Virus record (IMG/VR): IMGVR_UViG_3300029983_000007
Location: 248,001 to 312,000 of that record
Reading direction: 5' to 3' (one strand)
Length of the DNA stretch: 64,000 nucleotides
The position numbers and the translations under genes are program-made. Below are positions 10,323 through 20,206 of the stretch, piece after piece. The notes under the pieces were generated by a model. That model ran no database searches. It was not told where the DNA came from and saw nothing but the letters and a program-made list of their open reading frames with translations. Numbering within the stretch: the first letter of the stretch is position 1; every line of letters begins with the position of its first letter.

Positions 10323-10706
10323 ATGAAACACCTAAGATTATTTGAAAATTTTGAAGATGAAGAAGATATTGATATTTCTGAAGAAGAAGATGATGATGAC
10401 GATGACGATGAAGATTTTGAACATTATACTCATTATAATGAAGGAGATTATGTAAAATTAGACAAAGATGAAAATGAGTGGGATGCTATAGGATTATTTG
10501 CTAAGATAATTGAAGTTAACAGTCATAGGTTAGATGAATACGAAAACGAGATGTTTGAACCAAGGTACAAAGTAAATTCAATTGATAAAAAAACTAACTC
10601 ATTACATGATTTTTGGGTTGGAGAGAGTGAAATTGATTGTAACTTAACACCAGAGGAAATTGAAGAATTTGATTTATTATTGAAAGCAAGTAAATTTAAC
10701 ATATAA
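10323..10706 (+). CDS. dual-tagged SH3/KOW-like protein with acidic linker
   Basis: MKHLRLFE, poly-D/E, EGDYVKL, ASKFNI. Confidence 0.85.
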   Translation: MKHLRLFENFEDEEDIDISEEEDDDDDDDEDFEHYTHYNEGDYVKLDKDENEWDAIGLFAKIIEVNSHRLDEYENEMFEPRYKVNSIDKKTNSLHDFWVGESEIDCNLTPEEIEEFDLLLKASKFNI

Positions 10707-10708
10707 AA

Positions 10709-11197
10709 ATGAAACATATAAAATTATTTGAAAATTTTGAAGATGAACATGATATAGATTTAATCGTTGATAATTATATAGAAGCATTAATTTGGACTCA
10801 AGAAGGTGTTGGAGAAGATGCTGATGGTAATGATCCAATGGATGGTAAAAATATATCAGATATTAATAAAGAATCAAAAGAAGAAATAAAAAAAGAAGTT
10901 GAATGGTTTATTAATTCAGCAGGTGATGTATTTGAAGAACTATCAGATGATCAAATTGGACATGATTTGTGGCTAACAAGAAATGGACATGGATCTGGTT
11001 TTTTTGAAAGAATCGAAGAAAAAGAAAATTTAGAAATAATAGAGGAATTGTGTGATATACTAGGAAATGCTGAAGTTTTTGTAAATGACGATGGTGAAAT
11101 ATATCATGAATCTAATGATAGATATAAAACTTTCAATTTAAAAGAGTATCGAAAGGAAAAAGAATTTGATAAAACAGTAAAGAAATTTAATTTATAA
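10709..11197 (+). CDS. dual-tagged cassette protein
   Basis: MKHIKLFE...VKKFNL; GHDLWLTRNGHGSGF motif. Confidence 0.85.
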   Translation: MKHIKLFENFEDEHDIDLIVDNYIEALIWTQEGVGEDADGNDPMDGKNISDINKESKEEIKKEVEWFINSAGDVFEELSDDQIGHDLWLTRNGHGSGFFERIEEKENLEIIEELCDILGNAEVFVNDDGEIYHESNDRYKTFNLKEYRKEKEFDKTVKKFNL

Positions 11198-11219
11198 CAT
11201 ATTTAAAAAACAATATATT

Positions 11220-11489
11220 ATGATAAGCATTAAATCAACAAAAACAAAACCTAAATATAAAATAGGTGATTATGTTAAATTAATTGATGATAATTGGGAG
11301 ATTGAAAATTTAGTACATATTTTAGATATAAATGATGATATCGAAAATCCAGATTATTATGTAGACGCAATCTATATTAAAACAAAGGAAAGAGTAAAAG
11401 TGTGGATTGATGAAGAAGAAATAGACAAGAAAACTAATGCAAAAGAAAAAATAAAATTTAAAAAAATTGAAATACATAAAAAAATATGA
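11220..11489 (+). CDS. SH3/KOW-like protein with a damaged tail
   Basis: YKIGDYVKL motif; lacks both tags and runs into the next gene. Confidence 0.65.
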   Translation: MISIKSTKTKPKYKIGDYVKLIDDNWEIENLVHILDINDDIENPDYYVDAIYIKTKERVKVWIDEEEIDKKTNAKEKIKFKKIEIHKKI

Positions 11490-11871
11490 AAGTTCTAATT
11501 TAAATGAAATTGAAAAACTAGTAAATCATTTAATTATTTTTATACGTGGAGATAATGATAATATTAATTATACATCATATAATGGAGATTATGCATTTTT
11601 ATATACTATCAGTGGTGTTCAAAATAAATATTTTATGAATGTAAGATTGTCAACTAATAAAGAATATATTTTATTTAATATTGATACTATAATTCAAAAT
11701 CCAGGGTGGATAAATAAATATATTGAAGAAATATCACAATTTATTAAATTTATAATGGATAAATACACAGAACTTGGTAGAATAAATATTTCAAATGTTG
11801 ATAATATTATAAATGATGTTACAAAAGAAAAGTATGAAATTTATTTAAATACACTAAAATACAATTTATAA
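11467..11871 (+). CDS. dual-tagged cassette protein (TTG start)
   Basis: ttg aaa tac ata aaa aaa tat gaa = (M)KYIKKYE...LKYNL. Confidence 0.75.
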   Translation: MKYIKKYESSNLNEIEKLVNHLIIFIRGDNDNINYTSYNGDYAFLYTISGVQNKYFMNVRLSTNKEYILFNIDTIIQNPGWINKYIEEISQFIKFIMDKYTELGRINISNVDNIINDVTKEKYEIYLNTLKYNL

Positions 11872-11902
11872 AAAAAAGAGAGAATCTTTGATTCTCTCTT
11901 TT
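11872..11902. terminator. bidirectional intrinsic terminator
   Basis: aagagagaatc-ttt-gattctctctt between convergent genes. Confidence 0.8.
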
Positions 11903-11936
11903 GCTATTTAGGTTCATTAAATCGCACGGTTTATCT

Positions 11937-12545
11937 TTATTTTTGAAAAAGATTATCCTTCACATTATTTTCTGCATAATAAGTAGTAGCTGCAGATATA
12001 TTTGAATATGCTACTGTTATTCCATCATTTGTTGCATCATAATTAAAAGAATTACTACTACTCATTCCCATTGATTCAGCAACAAAACAAGAATCTTGAT
12101 TTGCTCCAAGATATATAAATTCAGTATTAAATTCCTCTCTCATTTCTGTTACCATGTTTTTTATTAATTCTCTATGATACACTCTTGATGAATTTTCTTC
12201 ACCATCTGTTAATATAACAAATAATGTTTTATCACTTCTTTTGCTTTTTTTAGTTGATCCTAAGAGATCTAAATAATTATCAATACATGTACCAAGTGAA
12301 TCATATAAACTTGTTCCACCATTAGCATAATAAGTATCTTCATTAAGTTCGTCTACATCATTAATATCAACATTATTATATGGCATATAAAAACTTGTAT
12401 CAAAAAACATCAATGAAAAATTTATTTTATTTCCACTTTCTTTTTGTTCCATTAAGAATTTATTGAATCCTTCTCTTGCTTTCTCTATTATCGAACTCAT
12501 TGAGCCAGACATATCTAACATACAAACTATATCTATCTTATTCAT
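11937..12545 (-). CDS. von Willebrand factor A domain protein
   Basis: MIDAS motif LDMSGSM, GGTSLYD, ILTDGEENSS. Confidence 0.9.
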   Translation of the reverse strand: MNKIDIVCMLDMSGSMSSIIEKAREGFNKFLMEQKESGNKINFSLMFFDTSFYMPYNNVDINDVDELNEDTYYANGGTSLYDSLGTCIDNYLDLLGSTKKSKRSDKTLFVILTDGEENSSRVYHRELIKNMVTEMREEFNTEFIYLGANQDSCFVAESMGMSSSNSFNYDATNDGITVAYSNISAATTYYAENNVKDNLFQK

Positions 12546-12548
12546 ATA

Positions 12549-13436
12549 TTATATAATTTTTTCTCCACATTTTGGACAAAATTTCCAAGTAGATTTTCTC
12601 AAACGATACCCGCAATCTCCACAGTACTCTCTTATCTCATTAATACTCTGTGATTTAGAAGAATAAGGCATAAGTTTATAAGATATTGAGTGAAAAAATG
12701 TATCTGAAAACGCCACATTTACATTTTTCAATTTTTGTTCTGACAAATCTCCTTTTTCAATTCTACCAGTTTCAATAGTATTAACACTTAAAGTTGATGT
12801 AGGTGTTGAGTTAATATTTAAGCTTGATGTATATGTTGAACTAATACCAAGATTATCTGTGCTGCTAAATGACATATTACCTATGTTATTACAACTTTGT
12901 GTATAGATATTATTTATACCACTTAAATCAGAATAGCATCTTGAATTTGAATTGCTGCTATTAAATGTAGAATTTCCAGATAGTGTTATGAATGTAGAAT
13001 TACCGTAATTATTTTCATATTTAGTTGGTTTAGGTGGAAATTCATATTTCACATTGACTTCATTGCTATTATTACTTCTAAAATATTCTTTATAAAAATT
13101 AAAAGTAATTAATCCATTGTTTTCAACAGCTTCAACAGCTTCTTTATTGTTTCCATCAATGTTATAGGTTTCAAATAACATTTTACGTTGCTCATCTAAA
13201 AATCTGTCTAAGAATACATCTTGACCAGGATTTAAAATTAAATAAGAATCTCCTTTTTTTACTGAATTGAAAATTATTTCTACCCCTATTTTTTCTTTTA
13301 AAGGGTTAAATAATTTAAGTTCAAAGTTATCTCCATCATTCAAGTAAATGATGTTATCCTGATAAACTTTTAATTCGTTACGTTTACTAGTAACTTGAAC
13401 AGAAGGGTTTCTGTTCAACATTTTGTTGTTTTTCAT
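12549..13436 (-). CDS. hypothetical protein with C-terminal double zinc ribbon
   Basis: YCGDCG...FCPKCG; Ser/Asn-rich linker. Confidence 0.85.
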   Translation of the reverse strand: MKNNKMLNRNPSVQVTSKRNELKVYQDNIIYLNDGDNFELKLFNPLKEKIGVEIIFNSVKKGDSYLILNPGQDVFLDRFLDEQRKMLFETYNIDGNNKEAVEAVENNGLITFNFYKEYFRSNNSNEVNVKYEFPPKPTKYENNYGNSTFITLSGNSTFNSSNSNSRCYSDLSGINNIYTQSCNNIGNMSFSSTDNLGISSTYTSSLNINSTPTSTLSVNTIETGRIEKGDLSEQKLKNVNVAFSDTFFHSISYKLMPYSSKSQSINEIREYCGDCGYRLRKSTWKFCPKCGEKII

Positions 13437-13639
13437 TGTTTTTTATTTTTTTTATATTTTTAGTTTGCTAATTCATTCATTGCCTTTCAACAATTCCAAA
13501 GTCATAATGGCTCTAAACTAACACAACCCAAAAAAATGAACCTTGTCACTTTAAGTGCGACATTATTATATATAATTTTTCTATCACCCCCATAGTATTA
13601 AAATATATTAAAATTTAAATTATATTCAATTTTTATTTG

Positions 13640-13647
13640 TATCTTTG
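13640..13647 (+). promoter_or_regulatory. Bacteroidota -7 promoter box
   Basis: TATCTTTG about 25 nt upstream of 13672. Confidence 0.55.
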
Positions 13648-13671
13648 TAGAATAATTTAAAATAATATGTT

Positions 13672-13881
13672 ATGAAAGCAGAAAAAACAGTTTGGTCATA
13701 TTATTATGATGATTATATTATTAAATCAGATTCAATATATATTGAAAATTTAGGAATATTTAATGGTGATTATAGATATAAAGGTGATGAAACATATTGG
13801 TTTTCAGAAAAATATGATGAATTCTATGACAATGAGATAACTATTGATGAAGTTGAAAAATTTAAAAACAATACCAAATGA
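13672..13881 (+). CDS. hypothetical protein
   Basis: First gene of overlapping operon. Confidence 0.7.
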   Translation: MKAEKTVWSYYYDDYIIKSDSIYIENLGIFNGDYRYKGDETYWFSEKYDEFYDNEITIDEVEKFKNNTK

Positions 13882-14156
13882 TTAAATTTTTTAAAATTAC
13901 CAAAAAAACAATACAGGACCATATGATTATGCCAGTTAAATATCATGAGAAAAAGGTTCTTCAAAAACAAGAAGAATATGATGCTATTCAGATAAGATTA
14001 AAAAAGTTTGAGAAAGAACAAATTGAACGTAATAAATTAATATCTGAACTTGATGATATTCATATGAGATTAGAGAAAAGTAAAGTTGATAAAATTTCAT
14101 CTGAAGAATATCATGAAATTTATAAAAAATTATTAGAAATAGAAAAACAAAAATAA
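13878..14156 (+). CDS. hypothetical coiled-coil protein
   Basis: ATGA overlap; K/E-rich. Confidence 0.7.
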   Translation: MIKFFKITKKTIQDHMIMPVKYHEKKVLQKQEEYDAIQIRLKKFEKEQIERNKLISELDDIHMRLEKSKVDKISSEEYHEIYKKLLEIEKQK

Positions 14157-14158
14157 TT

Positions 14159-14350
14159 ATGAAAAATGTAACATTTTATGTCATTTGCTTTATTATTGGT
14201 ATTATAATAGGATGTATTCCTAGCTTGTTTAAAATTGAATATATATCATTTAAATGGTGGACAATAATTTTAATATCTGACATTTTATTTGTACAAATTT
14301 TAAGTTACATAGATTCAATGATAAAAAATAAAAAGTCAAAATCAAAATGA
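14159..14350 (+). CDS. small membrane protein
   Basis: Two hydrophobic segments. Confidence 0.7.
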   Translation: MKNVTFYVICFIIGIIIGCIPSLFKIEYISFKWWTIILISDILFVQILSYIDSMIKNKKSKSK

Positions 14351-14703
14351 AAGACTTAAAAAATATCACTCAAGAAGAGGTTGAAACAATATGTGAATTA
14401 CTTGAAGAACCATATATAAATCATATGGCTGGACTTTGGAATTATGGGCTGGCAGTTCAAATAATTACAACATCAACTGCAAATAATAACAGAGATGATT
14501 CTTATGTAACCATTTTTTATGATGGAAAAATTAATTTACATAGAAATAATGGTAATTGGGGTGGTATGAGAGATGAATCAATATGTTCTTTGATTATAAC
14601 TGACTACTTGAGAAGTGAAGGCTATGAATTCAAGTATGAAATACCTAAAAAATTAGAAAGAAAGTTTAAATTAAATGAATTAAATAAAATATCTAAACTA
14701 TAA
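14347..14703 (+). CDS. hypothetical protein with RKxKL tail
   Basis: Ends LERKFKLNELNKISKL. Confidence 0.75.
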   Translation: MKDLKNITQEEVETICELLEEPYINHMAGLWNYGLAVQIITTSTANNNRDDSYVTIFYDGKINLHRNNGNWGGMRDESICSLIITDYLRSEGYEFKYEIPKKLERKFKLNELNKISKL

Positions 14704-14723
14704 CTCACTAATAATATTAATTT

Positions 14724-14757
14724 AAAAAGACTACAGAAATTTCTGTAGTCTTTTTTT
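14724..14757. terminator. intrinsic terminator
   Basis: aaaaagactacagaa-at-ttctgtagtcttttt. Confidence 0.8.
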
Positions 14758-14803
14758 GTATTTTTTGACTTCATTATATTTATATATACATATAAAACAT
14801 TAT

Positions 14804-14947
14804 ATGAAAGTACAAAAAACGTTTACAATAGAAAAAGAAATATCAAAAGAATTTGATAAGATTTCAAAAGAGAAGTCAATTAATAAATCATTATTCATAG
14901 AAAATGCTATGAAAGAATTTATTCAAAAAACGATAAATCAAAAATGA
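14804..14947 (+). CDS. ribbon-helix-helix DNA-binding protein
   Basis: MKVQKTFTIEKEISKEFDKISKEKSINKSLFIENAMKEFI (start reassigned from 14756). Confidence 0.7.
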   Translation: MKVQKTFTIEKEISKEFDKISKEKSINKSLFIENAMKEFIQKTINQK

Positions 14948-15825
14948 TTATTGGTGTATATAAAATAACAAATCTAATAAATAATAAATGCTATATTGGA
15001 TCATCAATAAATGTCAAAGGAAGAATATGTGCGCATAAAAATGATTTAAAAACTAATAAACACCATTCTATTAAATTACAAAGAGCATATGATAAATATG
15101 GAATTGAAAATTTTAAATATGAAATTATAGAAGAATGTGAAATAGAAAATATAATAATTAGAGAACAATATTATATTGATTTTTTAGATTGCTGTAAAAA
15201 CGGATATAATGTATTACCAAATGCTGGTAATAATTTAGGTATGAGACATAGTGATAAGACAAAGGAAATATTAAGGCAGAAAAGTATGGGAAATAAAAGT
15301 CATTTTGGTATAAAACAAAGTGATGATACTAAAAAAAGAATATCAGAAAAATTAAAAGGAATACCTTTATCCGAACAGACTAAATTAAAAATGAGTAAAT
15401 CAAGAAAAGGTAATGTTTCAGAAAAATCAATTATTTATTTAATAAAATTTAATAAATCAAGAATAGGAATTCCGTTATCAGATGAAACAAAAGAAAAAAT
15501 AAGTATCTCAAAAAAAGGTAAACATCAAAGCAAAGAGACTATTGAAAAAAGAGTAAAAAAGAATACTGGACAGACAAGAACAGATGAAGTTAAATTAAAA
15601 ATGAGTAAAGCTATGACTGGGATAAAAAAAATACCGATGTCTGAAGAAAATAAATTATTGAGATCTAAAAAAGTTGCTCAAATATCAGAAAGTGGTGAAA
15701 TAATAAAAGAATTTGATAGTTTAACAAAATGTGCTACTTATTTTGGTACTAAAATTAATAGAATATGGGAAGTGTTATCAGGTAATAAAAAATCATACAA
15801 AAAAAATTATTTTAAATATTTATAA
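14944..15825 (+). CDS. GIY-YIG homing endonuclease with NUMOD3 repeats
   Basis: GVY...CYIGSS, conserved R and E, repeated HS.ETK.K.S motifs. Confidence 0.92.
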   Translation: MIIGVYKITNLINNKCYIGSSINVKGRICAHKNDLKTNKHHSIKLQRAYDKYGIENFKYEIIEECEIENIIIREQYYIDFLDCCKNGYNVLPNAGNNLGMRHSDKTKEILRQKSMGNKSHFGIKQSDDTKKRISEKLKGIPLSEQTKLKMSKSRKGNVSEKSIIYLIKFNKSRIGIPLSDETKEKISISKKGKHQSKETIEKRVKKNTGQTRTDEVKLKMSKAMTGIKKIPMSEENKLLRSKKVAQISESGEIIKEFDSLTKCATYFGTKINRIWEVLSGNKKSYKKNYFKYL

Positions 15826-15893
15826 ACTTATTATTTTTTTATACTATATAAGAAGTGGAAAATTATCCACTAAATATAAAAATAAATAGTTAA

Positions 15894-16094
15894 ATGATTA
15901 AATTACAAGGTGTTGTAAAATTTTACAACGAAACTAAAGGTTTTGGATTTATTAAAAATACTGAAACAAACGAAGACGTATTTGTACACGTTAGCGGATT
16001 AATTGACAAAATCTATGAAAATGATAATGTTACATATGAAACAACTCAAGGTAAAAAAGGGTTAAATGCTATTCAAGTAGAATTGGCTGATTAA
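15894..16094 (+). CDS. cold-shock domain protein
   Basis: VKFYNETKGFGFI (RNP1), VFVH (RNP2). Confidence 0.93.
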   Translation: MIKLQGVVKFYNETKGFGFIKNTETNEDVFVHVSGLIDKIYENDNVTYETTQGKKGLNAIQVELAD

Positions 16095-16114
16095 GATATA
16101 TTCTTAAAGATTTT

Positions 16115-16147
16115 AAAAAAAGACTCAATTAAATTGAGTCTTTTTTT
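16115..16147. terminator. bidirectional intrinsic terminator
   Basis: aaaaagactcaatt-a-aattgagtcttttt. Confidence 0.8.
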
Positions 16148-16640
16148 ATATATTGAATTTATCAGCAGTTTGAGATAATAAATAATCTTTATATTTTTCT
16201 GGATAATCTTTTATTATTTTTTTCTTAGTTTCTGGTTTCAAATAATCAAAAAATGTAATATTAACTGTTGTGCCTTTATCATTCCAATTAGCATTTGAAT
16301 CAATTAATAATTTCAAAATATCATAATACACCACTTCGTTCAATTCAATAATTGAGCTATAAAATCCAGCAAGTAATAATGGTGTCCAACCTTGACTTGT
16401 ATTATCTTGAAAATTTACATCAGCGCCTTTTTCAATTAAAATCTTAACAATATTTATATCAGCATCTTTATTAATAGAATATATCAAAGAAGTATATCCT
16501 TTATCATTTATATAATTAACATCAGCACCTTTATTTATTGCGCTTACTACATTTTCTATATCTGAGTCTATACAAGCCTCAATTAATTCTTCGTTTAAAT
16601 CAATCTGATTGTTTTGTTCAAAATTTTTTAAATATTTCAT
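16146..16640 (-). CDS. dual-tagged ankyrin-repeat protein
   Basis: GADVN repeats, GWTPL; ADKFNI. Confidence 0.9.
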   Translation of the reverse strand: MKYLKNFEQNNQIDLNEELIEACIDSDIENVVSAINKGADVNYINDKGYTSLIYSINKDADINIVKILIEKGADVNFQDNTSQGWTPLLLAGFYSSIIELNEVVYYDILKLLIDSNANWNDKGTTVNITFFDYLKPETKKKIIKDYPEKYKDYLLSQTADKFNI

Positions 16641-17161
16641 AAATTAAATTTGTCTGCATTTTTTTTCGTTAAATATATTTCATATTGTTTATGATATTTC
16701 TTTAATATATGGGATTTTACTTCTTCATTTTTTGATAAATACCAAAAAAAATCTTTTGAATAATCGACAGAAAAATGATGTTTAATATTCCAATCAGCTC
16801 CTGCTTTAATTAATTTTTCCATCATTGATGTGAAATAATCACTGCTTGCACCAGTAAGTCCCATAGATGATAATATCAAAGCTGTTGTTCCATTTTCATC
16901 TTGATAATCTAAATTTGCTCCTGATTTTATTAATTCATCAAAAACTTTTTCATATCTATTAATAATAGCAAATTGCAGAGCAGTTTTCTTACTTAATTGG
17001 TCTTGTAGATTTAAGTTTATTTGACCAGATTTTATCATATTAATCATTTCATTTTCTCCTCTTATATTTAAATCTTTTTGTCTTACTAGATTTAACAAAT
17101 CATAAGTATGGTATTGTTTTTCATTGAATTTTAGTTCTTCGTATAATTTAATATGTTTCAT
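16637..17161 (-). CDS. dual-tagged ankyrin-repeat protein
   Basis: TAL...GANL/GADW; MKHIKLYE...ADKFNL. Confidence 0.88.
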   Translation of the reverse strand: MKHIKLYEELKFNEKQYHTYDLLNLVRQKDLNIRGENEMINMIKSGQINLNLQDQLSKKTALQFAIINRYEKVFDELIKSGANLDYQDENGTTALILSSMGLTGASSDYFTSMMEKLIKAGADWNIKHHFSVDYSKDFFWYLSKNEEVKSHILKKYHKQYEIYLTKKNADKFNL

Positions 17162-17255
17162 AGTTTTATATATTAAAAAATAATTATTATTTTATTGAAA
17201 TCAAGTTAAAAAAATACCTCACATTTTTTATATATAGTTAAAATTAATTTTTAGT

Positions 17256-17567
17256 ATGAAAATAGAAAAATTCAATGAAAAGTCAGATAGCAGTACGGGA
17301 ATATACGCGATTGTTAGCATACCTGAGGATAAACGTCAAATTAATTTTAATGATTTGTTGAAAGATGAATATTATATAAAATATAAAAAAGTTCATGAGA
17401 ATGATGAAAAATCTTTAATTCAATATTCAATTGAGCACTATCTTTTTGAGCAAGGATTATTAAAATTTAGTTATAAATTAGTTGATGAATCTGGTACTGA
17501 GGTAAAAATTGAAGAATTAGATAAAAGGATAGAACTTAACAATAACACAAACAAATTTAATATATGA
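17256..17567 (+). CDS. dual-tagged cassette protein
   Basis: MKIEKFNE...TNKFNI. Confidence 0.8.
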   Translation: MKIEKFNEKSDSSTGIYAIVSIPEDKRQINFNDLLKDEYYIKYKKVHENDEKSLIQYSIEHYLFEQGLLKFSYKLVDESGTEVKIEELDKRIELNNNTNKFNI

Positions 17568-18052
17568 AATATATAAAAACATTTGAATCAAATAAGCAGG
17601 AAAAAAAGATTACTCTAATTAATTTAGATGATGATTCAAAAACAATAAAAGTCACTCAAGGTGAACTTGATGATTTAATAGAAGATGATTTTACTATTCT
17701 ATATGATGATGAAGAAATAGAATATGATTCAAACCATCCAGATGAATGGAGATATGATTCAGATGAAGAAGATGATATAAAAAATGCATTAAAAACATAT
17801 AGAAGTATGATAAAAATGTATTCATTAGGTAGTAAAAAAATGATAAAAGTCACAAAAGAAGAACTTGATGTGTTAATAGAAGAAGATTTTACAATTCTGT
17901 ATGATGATGAAGAAATAGGGCATGATCCAAGTCTACCAAATGAATGGAGATATGATGATGATGACGAAGAAGAAATAACTAGATGGTTGGAATTATATAG
18001 AATATTAAAAGATCCAGAAAAAGTTAATCAAACAATAAAATTCAACTTATGA
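17564..18052 (+). CDS. dual-tagged protein with internal tandem duplication
   Basis: IKVT..ELD.LIE.DFTILYDDEEI...P.EWRYD.D.E present twice. Confidence 0.85.
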   Translation: MKYIKTFESNKQEKKITLINLDDDSKTIKVTQGELDDLIEDDFTILYDDEEIEYDSNHPDEWRYDSDEEDDIKNALKTYRSMIKMYSLGSKKMIKVTKEELDVLIEEDFTILYDDEEIGHDPSLPNEWRYDDDDEEEITRWLELYRILKDPEKVNQTIKFNL

Positions 18053-18555
18053 AATATATAAAGAGATTTGAATATTTAAATCAAGATGATGCATTATTTT
18101 ATATGGAAGTAACTCCAGAAGTTGCACTTAGCTATTGTAGTGGTAATCCTCTACCTTCCAATGACCCTATTCCATTAAACTATCAAATATTAGAATATGC
18201 ATTTGGAATGCCAATTGGCGGTGCAACAGATGAAGAATACGATGAAGTTGCTCAGGAGAATTGCGATTGGTATGATGGAACATTACAATCAATAAAAGAT
18301 GGCATCAATACTGTCAACTCTTTTGATTTTGCAAGTGAAGGACCAGATTTTGTATTGGGCATAAATTATGAAGGAAACTTAGAAGATGAATCAGCAGAAT
18401 TTGGTGATCTTTATATTTTTTTTAAAGATTACAGAAAGATTGAACTGATTTTTGTTTATGATTGTAAAAAGGAGAAATATTATAGTCCACACATATTCAA
18501 AAATCTTTATCGTACTCCTGGATTATACAATAATATAGATAAATTTAACTTATGA
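18049..18555 (+). CDS. dual-tagged acidic protein
   Basis: MKYIKRFE...IDKFNL. Confidence 0.85.
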   Translation: MKYIKRFEYLNQDDALFYMEVTPEVALSYCSGNPLPSNDPIPLNYQILEYAFGMPIGGATDEEYDEVAQENCDWYDGTLQSIKDGINTVNSFDFASEGPDFVLGINYEGNLEDESAEFGDLYIFFKDYRKIELIFVYDCKKEKYYSPHIFKNLYRTPGLYNNIDKFNL

Positions 18556-18905
18556 AATATATAAAAAAATTTGAAAAATTTGAAAATATTCTAAAAATAG
18601 GAGATTATGTTTTGGCTATATCAAAGGCTAATGATGTGATTTTCACCAGTTATATTAACAATTCAATCGGTGAAGTAATTAAAATTACTCCTGTATATTC
18701 TAAAAATGAAGGAAATAAATATAAAGTATACGATGATATTGATATTAGATATTATGGTGTACCAAAAAGTGAAATTGATTTGTTTACAAAAGAAAAAAAG
18801 CATAACTCATATAAAATAAAATTTCCTTCGTATATGATTTATAAATTTTCAGAAAATAAAGAAGAATTAGAAATTGAAATAAACGCAAATAAATTTAACT
18901 TATGA
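18552..18905 (+). CDS. dual-tagged SH3/KOW-like protein
   Basis: IGDYVL...NKEELE...ANKFNL. Confidence 0.85.
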   Translation: MKYIKKFEKFENILKIGDYVLAISKANDVIFTSYINNSIGEVIKITPVYSKNEGNKYKVYDDIDIRYYGVPKSEIDLFTKEKKHNSYKIKFPSYMIYKFSENKEELEIEINANKFNL

Positions 18906-19213
18906 AATATATAAAAAAATTCGAACAGAATATAGATTTACCAGAAAGAGGTGATTATGTATTAATGAATAGTTATGGAATATCTGAAGTTGAATATTTT
19001 GTAACTCATAATTATGGAGTATATCTTAATGCTTATATTGATAAATTGACTAAAGATCCAAAAATTAGAGTTAGATATGAAAATATACCAGGCAACATAG
19101 CTTTGTTTTTTCATGATGACACAATAACATTTGATATGGAGTTATTAGTTGCTTATGGTAAAACAATAGAAGAGTTAGAAATGAAATTAAAAGCAAATAA
19201 GTTTAACTTATGA
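18902..19213 (+). CDS. dual-tagged SH3/KOW-like protein
   Basis: RGDYVL...ANKFNL. Confidence 0.85.
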   Translation: MKYIKKFEQNIDLPERGDYVLMNSYGISEVEYFVTHNYGVYLNAYIDKLTKDPKIRVRYENIPGNIALFFHDDTITFDMELLVAYGKTIEELEMKLKANKFNL

Positions 19214-19539
19214 AATATATTAAAAAATTTGAATTGAATACAAATATACCTGAGATTGGTGATTATATATTGACAGTATATGACATAAAAAATGATAGAA
19301 ATACTTCTATTAATCAGTTAAAAAAATTCATAGATAATACCATAGGAATAGTAGTAGATGACTTAGAATTTGGTGTACATAATAATTATGTTCGTGTAAA
19401 ATATGAAAACATTCCTGAAAATATAAAGAATTTTTTTATAGATGATAGAAAGAGATTTAATATTGTTAGCATAGTTGATTATGATAAAGATTTAGAAACA
19501 TTAAAATATAAAATTGAAGCAAATAAATTTAACATATGA
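19210..19539 (+). CDS. dual-tagged SH3/KOW-like protein
   Basis: IGDYIL...ANKFNI. Confidence 0.85.
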   Translation: MKYIKKFELNTNIPEIGDYILTVYDIKNDRNTSINQLKKFIDNTIGIVVDDLEFGVHNNYVRVKYENIPENIKNFFIDDRKRFNIVSIVDYDKDLETLKYKIEANKFNI

Positions 19540-19871
19540 AATATATAAGGAAGTTTGAAGAAAAAAATAGTGAACCAAAGGAAGGAGATTATGTATTAAT
19601 GAATTCTACAATGATGAATCCTAATCTAAATGAATTTATTGATAATGAAGTTGGTAAAATCGTAAAAATTGATGATAAACGTGGTTTCATATCAGTAGAA
19701 GTTGAATATGAAAATATTCCTATGGAAATTGCAAGCTTATTTGGATATAATGATTATAAAAATCATGAAAATACAGGAATAAAAGTTTTTTTAATGAGTA
19801 GTATAATTGAATTTTCTGATAACAAAACAGATTTAGAATATAAAATAAACGCAAGAAAATTTAACTTATGA
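19536..19871 (+). CDS. dual-tagged SH3/KOW-like protein
   Basis: EGDYVL...ARKFNL. Confidence 0.85.
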   Translation: MKYIRKFEEKNSEPKEGDYVLMNSTMMNPNLNEFIDNEVGKIVKIDDKRGFISVEVEYENIPMEIASLFGYNDYKNHENTGIKVFLMSSIIEFSDNKTDLEYKINARKFNL

Positions 19872-20206
19872 AACATATAAAAAAATTTGAAATATATAAA
19901 CAGTGGGATAATGAAAATAGATATTGGGAAGTGACATTGTTACGTCCATATTTTATTTTATCATTAAGAAAAATCGGAGTTCCAAATGATTTAATTGCGG
20001 AATGGGATGAACAGTACTTAAATGAAGATCATATTGTATACGTATATAAAGAAGAAATTAAAAATTATGATAGTTTGATTGATGACTATGATATTATAAC
20101 TGAATGGAGATTGCAGCTAGATAAAGATGACAGAGATAAATATATATTTGGAGGTAGAATTAAACTTAGAGAATTTGAAATAGATGCAGATAAATTTAAC
20201 TTATGA
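19868..20206 (+). CDS. dual-tagged cassette protein
   Basis: MKHIKKFE...ADKFNL; related to 55360..55677. Confidence 0.85.
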   Translation: MKHIKKFEIYKQWDNENRYWEVTLLRPYFILSLRKIGVPNDLIAEWDEQYLNEDHIVYVYKEEIKNYDSLIDDYDIITEWRLQLDKDDRDKYIFGGRIKLREFEIDADKFNL

